DNA of 63,200 nucleotides, filler included, from Hausera hauseri (taxonomy: Eukaryota), in the NCBI GenBank assembly GCA_046269625.1. It is 11 parts of 11 records of this genome, joined end to end, with 100 filler letters (N's around TTAATTAATTAA, not from the genome) between each part and the next. Parts side by side here need not be neighbours in the genome. Positions count along the whole stretch, not along the records: positions 8,718 to 19,006 come from JBJURY010207744.1; positions 19,107 to 23,591 come from JBJURY010558451.1; positions 23,692 to 28,983 come from JBJURY010288280.1; 8 more parts are not named here. One strand, written 5' to 3'. Shown here piece after piece: positions 14,053-24,562 of the stretch; the first letter of the stretch is position 1, and every line of letters begins with the position of its first letter. The translations under genes and the position numbers were made by a program. Below the pieces are notes generated by a model. The model worked only from the letters and a program-made list of their open reading frames with translations. It was not told where the DNA came from and searched no databases.

Positions 14053-14154
14053 TGTGCGTGGGGCGCGTTGCGGGGCTGAAGCGTAAGGCGCCTTCTGACC
14101 GACTGGCGCAGGGTGGGTAGCCAGGACCTCAGCCTCGCCGCGGTGGGTCTCACA
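14053..14154 (+). repeat. GC-rich structured terminal unit C (TGTG...CACA, 102 bp) at the gag end of the Gypsy element
   Basis: Purine tract 14024-14052 directly precedes TGTG. Stems GCGGGGCTGA/TCAGCCTCGC and GCGCC/GGCGC. Followed by CTCCCCTTAAAAGG (14171-14184). Motif and fold similarity to 15649-15761 and 41163-41275. Confidence 0.7.
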
Positions 14155-14189
14155 TTTCGGGGTGACCGAACTCCCCTTAAAAGGTTCTT

Positions 14190-15648
14190 TAATATCAATT
14201 TTCAACGATGAATGCATGGGAAGAGAATGTCGTAAATGTACCATCAATAGACTGGCTAACTGAGATCCGTTATCAGTTGATATAAATACATCTATATTCT
14301 TTATAATTGGTTCATTGTATATAGAATCATCAGCATGATTAGAAACAACAAAATTATCAATTTGTGCACTGATGGATGACAACTGACGTGGCCATTTTTT
14401 CATATAGTCGACATAATCTATTGGTGGAGTAGAAATAACAACCTTAGAGTCCTTCATAAACTTCACTTTACAATCGTCTGCTGCTTTTAGAATTCGCGCT
14501 TGATGGTCAGAATTCGTTACACAGTAATCTTCGGCAAGTTTCATACAAATCTTGTCCGAGCACGCTGAGTTCCGATTGGGACTAGCATCGGACATGAGGA
14601 GTTTGATTACTTCTTCATTGTGTTTCAGAAAGTCTTCGATTTCCAAATTCGCTTGACGGATTTGTGTATCGACATCTTTGGACAGGTTGTGGATGCGATT
14701 CTTCAATGAAAACGTTTCCGAAATGTCGTCGGTGGATTTTGAAGAAGACAGTTGTGCACTTTGTTTCAATTCAACATGTCCCTTCGTCAATAAATTCAGT
14801 TTCTCTTCGAAATGCTTCTTAAGTTTAATGCACTTGGCCTTCAGAACGTCATTCGCTCTTCCCGTGTCTCGGCATTTCGCCAGCGAACTGATCGTCGAGT
14901 GAAAGATGCGTTTTCCGAATTGAAACTGTCCCATTCCGATTTATAGTTGGCATTTATTGACGTCAATAATGCGAATTCCGTTTGTAAGTTCCGCAAAGCA
15001 TTTTCAATCGTCTGTTTTTCCAAATGTAACTTATCGTAAGCCGCTGTGGAATTCGCCAGAAACAAAGGTAAATCTTCATGCAGTTGGTTGCTTTCTTCGA
15101 TTTGTCGTTCTAACAGTTTCAGTCGAGCGGCGTAATCTTCAATTGTATTCGTTTGAGTTAATGTCTGGAGAACTACATAGGATTCGCTTAATTCGCTCGT
15201 CAACAGATCCATTTTGTCCTTGAAATTTGTAACTTGACAGTATTTTAGTGAACGCAAATCCATCTGGCTATTCAACGAGTCTCACTTTTACAACAATCTT
15301 TTTCAGTCTATTACAAATGGTGTCTTATTCGGCATCGTTTTCAATATTCTCAATCTTCTCACGCAGAATGTCCAGTTCTAGTTCCAGTTGTTGATTTTTC
15401 TTTACGAGTATATCTCGCAAATGAATTTCCAACAGTTCGTCGAGTTTTCCTTGCAGTAGAATTAATACGTCGGATAGACGAGTTAGGCGAACTTCAAAGT
15501 CTTCTTTTTCCCTTGATATTTGTGTTACTTCATCTTTCAATGCAACTAGTTCTTGTTCGAGTTTCGTTTTTTCATTCAATACGTTATTCGTCTTGTAAAT
15601 AGGATTCTTCAACTGTTCGACAATTTCCCTCGAAGTTTTCGTGAGTTC
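14190..15648 (-). pseudogene. Chimeric intronless coiled-coil pseudogene ending in a SARM1-type TIR fragment
   Basis: Heptad-rich ORFs 15325-15741, 14841-15275 and 13984-14934 broken by stops/frameshifts. IDVFISTDNGSQLASLLMVHLRH at ~14227-14304 matches the SARM1 TIR start (DVFISYRR..GSQLASLLKVHL). Confidence 0.7.
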
Positions 15649-15761
15649 TGTGGTGCCCGCGTCCATCGTCGCCCTCAGGCCCATTTGGTTGGGCACGGCC
15701 GGATTTCCGCTGCCGGCGCGTCGGGCACATAGGCAGTCCACATTTTTCCGCCTCGAAAGAA
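15649..15761 (+). repeat. GC-rich structured terminal unit B (TGTGG...CCACA at 15649-15742, plus conserved 19-nt tail)
   Basis: Ungapped 85/113 identity by hand count with 41163-41275. Its TG end abuts and truncates the coiled-coil ORF. Confidence 0.82.
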
Positions 15762-15814
15762 GATAAATTCAAAAAGGAACACAAGAACATCATATTGCTT
15801 TGACTAACTTTTAA

Positions 15815-17130
15815 ATGGATTTATCACCGGCTAAAGCTTGGAATCTGGCCTATGAACAGTACTCTCCAACAACGTTAACAAAACATCCCGCTATAATACT
15901 AACACATAGACGAATGTTGCTAATTGACTATGATAAAATTCCCGAATTGAAAAGCGTCGCTTGGTTTTCAATGACAAATGACGAATATTACTACGAAAGT
16001 TGTCTCGATTCGCTATCGCGCCATAGAAATAATACTGAAAAAATGAATACTCGATTACGGCTAAAAAGACTACCAACCGATTGGGAAAACCGTTTAATAG
16101 ATTTTCGGAAAAATGGAAGCGGTGTTTTTGGGCAAGTATTTCTTTGTGTTGACAAAATTATTGGAACCAAGTACGCATTGAAATCTCTAACAAATTTGAC
16201 AAAATTGGACGATAATGTTATTATTACACAGTATGCTACAATGTCTGCGATGATTGAAAGAAATGCACATATCAAAGCCAACGAAAGTGTTTTTATAACG
16301 AAATTATATGGTGCTTTTCAAGACAGCAGCCTGACATCATACTGGCTCGTTTTTGAATATTGTTTAGGTGATATGGCTAAGTATTTACAAACTATTCAGA
16401 TGGATGCGTTTGTGTATATGGATGATTTCTTAAAACGCGATGTGATGTCGGTGGTACGAGACAAAATAATGAAGGCGTTCCAAGTGGACATTGAAGAAAT
16501 TGGCCACATGGGGATTTGAAATTTTTGCTGGGCAAAAATGTTTTGGTTTCTACACAAGGACACTTGAAATTGGCCGACTTGGGTTTAACGCAAAAATTGC
16601 GTTAGTCCGAGAGAACCTCAGGTCTTCACTTATTAGTTCCAGGAGAACTGAAATCGGTATATTCTGTGAATGACACCTTTGCAGGAAATGGGCTTTACAA
16701 TGATCCGGAATCCATGGTACATTATGAATTCATTGCAGAAAAAAGGAGATTTATAAAAATATTACCACCTAATCCAGATTTACCTATCCGAGATGGAGCT
16801 CAGAATTTTCTTAGTGACTTATACGGTGGAGAATTATTATTAATGGATTTACCTTTTGCTTTCATGAATTTAATTATAGCTAAACGTTTTAGTCCTCATG
16901 TCAGTTTCACTTACAAAATAAACCAATTTAGCGAAGACGATGTTTTACTGTGGCTCATCAGATGTATCTACGACAAAAATGTTCATATTAACTTTTTACG
17001 TCAGGCCCTCAACAATCAAATTACTGAAAACAATAAGGATACTATTGGATTTCTGTTAGTCTGCTTTCAGTCCCGATTAAGATGAGCATTACAGTTTACG
17101 AGAGTTGTGGAATATTACGAATAGAAAAAG
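15815..17130 (+). pseudogene. Ser/Thr protein kinase (AGC-like) pseudogene, no visible introns
   Basis: GSGVFGQVFLC, YALKSL, ERNA, FITKLYGAFQD, WLVFEYCLGDM. After a frameshift: KNVLVSTQGHLKLADLGL, then FAGNGLYNDPES. HRD region disrupted; internal stop. Confidence 0.85.
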
Positions 17131-17694
17131 TTGATTGAGACCAGGGCAATAGATATAAATCGAGTTGAAACGTTGGAGTAATATCAGAAACGAAATATAA
17201 CACATTATAATGTTGTTCAAATTGAAATGCCAAAAACACTTTTTACGATTTACGACAAAATATTACCTCGAATTCAAGCTCGTACATTTCATGAATTGCT
17301 TGGGCAAATTACTTATGGGTCGCGAGTTTTTGGTCGGTCATTCAAAATGCGTACTTTTTCTTATATGGATTGAAATATCCATCTTTGATTTGCAATGGGT
17401 ATTTTGTAAAACAAACATTTCGTCAACAACCGCTTATTTGATATAGAAATATGTTGTAATCTGTCGAAACATTTGTTTTAATATTTTATTAATTATTTAC
17501 AAAAAATTGTAATTGAATGCAAATAAATCGATTTTTTATCCGACATCTTTTGTTGATTCAGATACCAGTTTACACATTTGTTCGAGCTAGAATCTTCGTG
17601 TTGTTATTTGGAATTTGTTGGAATTATTATTTATTATTGTTGGAATTTTATCACTTTAACATCGGACATTTATCGTTCTCTATCATTTAACAAT

Positions 17695-19006
17695 ACCATG
17701 TATCGGGTGTAATATTGCTTCAAAATCGCAATATATTACTATTGGTACTCTAAGCATTTTTTATCCTCCTTAAACATTATGTAATTCTCCCTTGGAAATT
17801 CAATCCGTAAGCCCTACTTTCATTGCAATACAGTTTGTGTTCTCGTATTTTCATCTGATTGGTATCATCATGGAATTTTGTGAAGTACTTTTGCACACTT
17901 CAATACCCCCATGGTAGTTGGAGGTTTGTATTTGGACCAGACGTGAAAGGCTTTTGATCCATACATAATAATTATTGTCCCATTCATTTAATAGAAGCAA
18001 GTCTCTATGACCTGTTTTTCACATTCACATTTTTTGAGTGAATATATTTTCTGTGAATGATCAGTCGCAAAGATATTGAATAAAATACATTTTTTTCCAA
18101 AATGTCTGAATATCATAAAATGATGGGGAAAGCTGATACATGAGAAGTCATGGCCATGCAGAAGATATCTGTATAATTCCTCCCTTTGTGCATACCTGAT
18201 TGTAAATTTTGATAAAATTGCATATTTAAACAAAATGGATCACTGTTCTTAACATTAATATATGTCTTTTTATTTTCAATTCAGTCAATCATCTTAATGT
18301 AAGAACTTTCCCTCCATGGAAAATACTTATGTATCCGTATGATTAAATTTTCAATCATCGAAAGTGTCCAACCGCTGTTTTTTCTTGACTTTCTTCTGCT
18401 TCATGTATAAGACGTCTGAACTCATTTTTCAAAAATTCACTAATGTTATTTTGTTCCAAAACTGGCTTGTTTTTTGTTTTAAATGATCTTTTTGATTTCT
18501 CATCATCTATGACACTATATACGGCTTCTAACATTAAATTAACTTTCATGGTTTTCAACTAATTCAGATTGTCTTCCAATATTCCTATTGATTCATTTAA
18601 AACGGAATCCAAAAAATCCTGCAGTGTATTTTGTCCTGTTTCAGGGAATACAAATTTCCGCATTCGGCTTTTAAAAGTAACAACATCTGGACGTCTCTGC
18701 CTGCTTTGCTTGAGTCCTCCGGTCAAAGTGACACTAGAGCGCTTTCGACCTCCTCCTGTTTGTACGGTTAAACTGGTTGATTGCTCATTGTCATTATTCT
18801 GTCTGAATAATTTTCTCTTCATCTCCAGTGGTCTCTTTTGATTTTGAAAAATCACCTTTTTCTTCTTTTGATAGAAAAAATCTCATTAAGAAAGTCCCGA
18901 TATAGTTTCACAGAATGACAAATAATAATGGGAATTATAATATTTTCCATTGTTCTGTGGCAATTTTCTTCATTGTGCACTGCGGAAGTGCAGTACTTGA
19001 CATTTC
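17695..19006 (-). mobile_element. Polinton/Maverick pPolB N-terminal region, decayed (divergent third copy)
   Basis: Collinear with 29155-30040: MKVNLMLEA..RSFKTKN, GWTL..IHKY..SSYI, FKYAILSKF, YVWIK, VPIVIYCDFEAIL. Confidence 0.85.
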
Positions 19007-19427
19007 NNNNNNNNNNNNNNNNNNNNNNNNNNNNNNNNNNNNNNNNNNNNTTAATTAATTAANNNNNNNNNNNNNNNNNNNNNNNNNNNNNNNNNNNNNN
19101 NNNNNNTTAATGTCACAAGAAATAATCAGAGAGTAGACATCAACACCCCAGAGCCCTCCAGGACTAGGAGTCTGATGACATTAGTCTCAGAGTTAGAAGA
19201 TAATAACAGGGAACAAAGAGCAGCCCTCCTTAGATCTCTGCACCACTCACCTCAGACCCTTCAATAGTCAAGGGGAGACATCAACACTGCCACTGAAATT
19301 GCTCTTGAACTTGTGCTTCACTGTTCCACAGCTGAAAAGCCTGCCAAATACTCTTTTGTATACCGCGTCTAATAAAACCAAGAAAGAAAAATAGCAGTAA
19401 CACGAAAATGTGCGTAATTTTCCATGA

Positions 19428-22400
19428 TCAGTAACTAAAGTAACTGTGGATCTTTCTGATAGTAATTTGTGACCCCGGCACAAATACTTTCGATTCATCA
19501 CCTTTACCATGGAAATGAATACGTCCGATTGACTCGCGATCTGCACAATTGGCAGGCGGTTTAAATGGTTGGCTGTCTGTGTGGGTGATGTCGAGTTTGT
19601 TCTTTTTCAGCTAAACAAGTCAATAATGGTTGATCAGCGGAATTCATAAAACCTTTTCAAATTGAGATTTCAGCTGATTTTTCATCGACATCTGGTTGAT
19701 AAAACTCTTAACGGAATTCGGCTGACTAATGTCGATAACATTTGACGAACTCAGATAGCTGTATATGTCACGGGTGAGTTGTTCTGATGTCGATACCATC
19801 AAGGAGATTTGGCCGATTTCCTCGGAACTTTCTACCATTGGTACAATGAGTGGTTTGAACAGGTCGATGTTACTCTAATATAATCACGTGTAATGTTGTT
19901 TAGCCCTACTCTTAACGGATATACCTTCGATATTCTGAACCGAAGCCTAACATTTTCGTTCCGTAAATTTTGTATTATTAGACGCAAAGTCTGAATTTCC
20001 GCAATGAATCCACCTATCTCACCAGCAGAACCTTCGGATACATCGACTATTTTGGAGTCCCCTGAAACAAAAGTCCACAGATAAACAAGCACAGAAGTTT
20101 ACTGGGTAAACTGATTGTGTCGAAAAAATTACGCTTCTTCGTTTCTTTTAATTGTCTTTTGAGGTCGTCTTTCTGGAGTTCAAGTGAATTTATATCGGCC
20201 TGCAATGCTTCACACGTTTGATCGAGTTCTCTGAAATCCATTATAACCGGATAAAAACCCAGTAGATCCATACCTCTCTTTACGAGATAATAAACCCTTC
20301 GTATGCTCCAGTTTTTGTTCAAGACGTTCAATCAGTTCATCTTTTTCTTTGACGGATGTCGTCAGTTTCCGTTCCGACACACTAAGTCTCACAGACATTT
20401 CACTCAATTCATCGCATTTTAACTTCAAATTTATTTTCGTTTGCCGAAGTTCTTCTTCCTTTTGTTCCAGTTTGAATTGAAGATTTTCCAGTTCAGTTAT
20501 CTCGTTTTTGAAATTAATGGCAATTAAATATACCGGTTCCTCTGACTACAGTATATATGATGATATCTACTCTATTCACTATTTCGTACCTTTGTAACGG
20601 GTGGCTCGTAATCAAACTCACCATGCTCCACTGAATCCGAAATTCGTGATGTGACTTTAAGAATGCTTTCTAATTTTGTTAACAGTGGTTGAGTAGTTGA
20701 AACGTTTCGAATTTCCAAATATTCTTCCAAATACGAAAACAAAGAAGTTACTTCAATAGATTTTAATTCATCCTCGTCGCTACCTGAAATGTGATCCAAA
20801 CAAAAAGACGTTATCGCTTTAACAACAGCAGTTAAATCAACAGTAGTCTTATCCAATAAGACAGATATTTCAGTTGGAAATAACAATGCTGAACTCTTCA
20901 CCGAATTTTTTCGAATATTTTTAGAATCATTTCTTAAATCGATAGCAAACTGTTGCATGCTTTTCATGAATTCGTGAATGTCACTGCCGTCTCTGTTAGC
21001 GTTAAATAACAAATTTAACGTTGCAACACAGCTCTCTTCAATTGCATCAGCTCCAGCTATAAACGTTTTGACCGCGTAGCTCAACTTTTGGCCACAATCC
21101 AGTAATTCATTGGCTAAATGTACTTGGTAAAATGTTTGGAAGTAACATATGGATCGTTCCAGAGTTCCCTTTCGAACAATGTCGATTAAATAATCAATCG
21201 ACTTCTCATTTGAGTTCATTTCAGTATATAACGAACCCAATCGAATGAACGTTGTTAACGGACAAGAGTTTAAAGTTCTGTGCGTATTTGTAACAATGTC
21301 ATATAATAGATTAAGTCACGAAAATGATCACTTTTTATAATGTTTCAAAATAGTGTTCCATATATTCAGAACAAAGATCAGTTTGTGACAGAAAGATATA
21401 CAAAATTGACTAGGAGGATTTTCGACATCTTCATCAATATTGATATATCTTTCTTTGATCTGATTTGTTAAAAGTTCAATTTTATTAGTAATTCGGTCTA
21501 TCAGAAGCACCATTTATATAGCATCGTTATCACCACCCGTTTTGAAAAATTTATCCGGTAAAAATTTTAACAGAATATTAACGTGTTTGTTGCTCTGGCT
21601 AATGAGCAGCTTTTGCAATTCTGTCTCGATAACATTAGCAATAGCTTTACTGTCCAACGCTTTCGCCTTGATAGCTTCAGGTGATTTGTCACTGACATAT
21701 GGATGTTTACTTTTGGCTGATACAGCACTACTGTCAACTTGAGATTTAAAATCTTTTATTTGATTTTGGAGATCTCTTACGAGATCACGAAACTTTTCAA
21801 TGGTATCCTCAAAATCCATAATACATTCATTTTTGGATATTAAAGCTTTATTTAACTCTTGGATACCCATGTCTTTTCTAACAACTTCCTTTGAGTTCGT
21901 TAATTATACCGGAATTGTTTTCATTTATTTCATTGTTCATATCACATAATTCTTCCAATTCTAGTTTAGCTTCTTCTAAGATACGAACACTTTCTTCCAG
22001 TGTCAAATTTTTTTCCGTCAAATTGTTTACCATTTCATCAGCCCCCAAAGCACTATCAATTTGTTCTTTTAATTCAATAATACTTTCTTGAGCACTTTTC
22101 AAATCTACTTCTAAACGGTCTCTTTCTTTAACCGTTTTGTCATGTTCTAATTCCAATTTAGAGAACTCTTTAGACAATTTTTCATTTTCCGCTTTCTGTG
22201 ATTCATTCAAATCTCTCATGACAATAACCGCGTCACGAAGTTTACTATTCTGAGCCTTTAAAACAACCAACTGCGCTTCAGCGTTGGCATTTTCACCGGA
22301 ACCCCCACGTTGTTCCAACTTCATAATTTCATTTTCCAACGTCAACTCTTCGATCTTTGTCTTTAATTCTTCTATTTCTGAACGAAGACCATCTAATTTT

Positions 22401-22615
22401 TCTTCGGCCATTTCTTTGTCAATTGTCAACATCTCAATATTATCAGCCATCATTGAGGTTTCCTCTCGGTAATTTTCAAACTCCATTAAGTTTTGCATTG
22501 TCTTGTTTTGTTTTGTCCATATTCCGTTGATACTCTGCTGCTTTGTCTTGAATATATTTTTTATTTTCCTCTAATTGTTGAACGTGGATTTTCATCTTTT
22601 CGTAAACTTTCAACA
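19428..22615 (-). pseudogene. DCTN1: Dynactin subunit 1 (p150Glued), CC1 to C-terminus; 5' half disrupted
   Basis: IEMLTIDKEMAEE, ELKEQIDSALGADEMVNNLTEKNL, DFEDTIEKFRDLV, EALQADINSLE. GT-AG introns 20546-20589, 20231-20273, 20062-20102, 19875-19924 and 19611-19652 splice to an open frame ending TGA at 19428. Stops and frameshifts lie between 21330 and 22500. Confidence 0.93.
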
Positions 22616-23591
22616 TTTCTTCAGACACTATTTCTTCTGTATCGGAATAACGTTCTATGAGAAATGCAGCTTTCTGATAAAAATAAATGGCTTTACTCCA
22701 TCTACTATTTTGTGTTAGCCTTTCAGCATATTCCATGGCTAATATCCAATCACCTTGTAATGCACAGTACCAAAAAAGTTCCCAATAACAATTACCACGG
22801 AGGTTTTTCCACTGATTCTGATAGTTTATTCTCGTTTCATAACCAACAATAGCTTCATCAATTCTGCCACACATTAAATCAATTCTTCCAATAAATAGCT
22901 CAAAAAATGCCCGCTTTTGATATTTAGCAAGACAAGGTGCAATTAATAGTTTTGCTTCGATAATCTGCTCTATGAATGGAAAGAAACCTATAACACCAAT
23001 GAACCAGTGATAGGATAATAACATTAATGATGCTAATAGTTGTCTAAGACCATTTTCAAGTACAGTTGTTTTGTTCATCTCATTTAATCCGAAATCCTTA
23101 TTCCTTTTAAACCCAATAAATTCCAATAGTTTTAAATTCCGTGTTGGAACCATCGAAATCATTAAATGGAATGTTCCAACACCTAAACTAATGCCACTTT
23201 CAAAGGTGACCTTTGAAAATTCACTGTCCCATTTTTCAATTTTTAATATATTCCAACAAGTCTCGTAGGTTTTGTAACATTCTCTGATTCTTATTCCACC
23301 TTTAATTAAGGCTAAAAGATTTTCGTCTTTAACAAAAGTAAGGAATGCTTTTTGTAAAAGACATTCAGTATAACATAGCTCTGCATGAGATTGTTCATCT
23401 GTAACCTTTGAATTTTCATCTAACTGCGATGACTCCGAATGAAGTTTAAATGATTCAGAAATACGGTTTTTTTCGATTTTTCTGACGCAGATTAAGACAC
23501 GTTTTCACAGCGTTAGAAACTTCTTGAATTCGTTCCGTTTCCATGTTAATAACAGTTTGTAAATAGTTGACAGTGGAATGTCCTAGAGAGT
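22616..23591 (-). pseudogene. TTC39: TTC39/IML2-family TPR protein fragment
   Basis: HAELCYTECLLQKAFLTFVKDENLLALIKGG, FESGISLGVGTFHLMIS, LKLLEFIGF, CYWELFW, SRWSKAIYFYQKAA. Intronless; disrupted near 23400-23480. Confidence 0.9.
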
Positions 23592-24562
23592 NNNNNNNNN
23601 NNNNNNNNNNNNNNNNNNNNNNNNNNNNNNNNNNNTTAATTAATTAANNNNNNNNNNNNNNNNNNNNNNNNNNNNNNNNNNNNNNNNNNNNCTTCCAGAA
23701 ACCGGACTGAGATTACTCGACCGTCAATTAATAGTCCTTTTGTGTTTATTTGAACAAAATTGTTCTTTGGGTTTTCAGTTATACTGGTGATATTTTCTTC
23801 CAGCATCCGCTTTACTGGGTCGACGGATTGGAGCATTTCATTGGGTTTTATCCCATGATGCTTGTTCCAAGCAGGGATAACTACTTGAAATTGTGGCTTT
23901 ATTTTGTATATTTTAGATAATTTCGGTGAATACAATCGATAGGTAAGGTTATAAGTATGTCAGAAAACCGTACTGCAACATTGCATTTGCTCTCCAGTCT
24001 CGAAATTACAATTCCTTGTTTCTTTTGTCATTATATCATCTAGGGCAATTTGAAGTCTTCCAACATTGTGGTGTGGTCTTTGTACCTTTAATCCAACGCA
24101 TGTGGAGTTGCGAATAATAATGAATTTTGACTGATTGTAACAACGTAATTCCTTCTTGTCTTTGGATTTCTTCTAATGTTGGTATCTTTTCCGTTTTATT
24201 AACCTCTCGTTTGGATCCACTTTTCTGCGCTCCGTATACATTTTTAGTGTAGATCCGTCGTGCCACCATTTAGTTTGTGCTCTCGGAATACAAGAAGTAA
24301 TTAACGATAATGATAAAACTATCTTCGCATACGGTATGTGTCTGGTGATAATCGACGAGGTCTTGTTTTCTCGTGGTCTTAAATTGTAATGTTTAGCTGG
24401 CCTTACTACTACTACTCTTTTAACTACTCTATGAATTGATACAACTTCCTCTTTTCCATTTTTATTGACATAAACCGTGGTTGGTGTTGTACGGATTGTT
24501 TATGATTGGTTTAGTCGTGTGAGTTTTATCGACTTAGATCTTCTCTAATTTCAATCACCAAA

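Noticed and set aside
14150-14170. tRNA-Trp PBS-like CGGTCACCCCGA on the minus strand
   Set aside because: It has mismatches to TGGTGACCCCGA and lies upstream of unit C rather than between it and gag.
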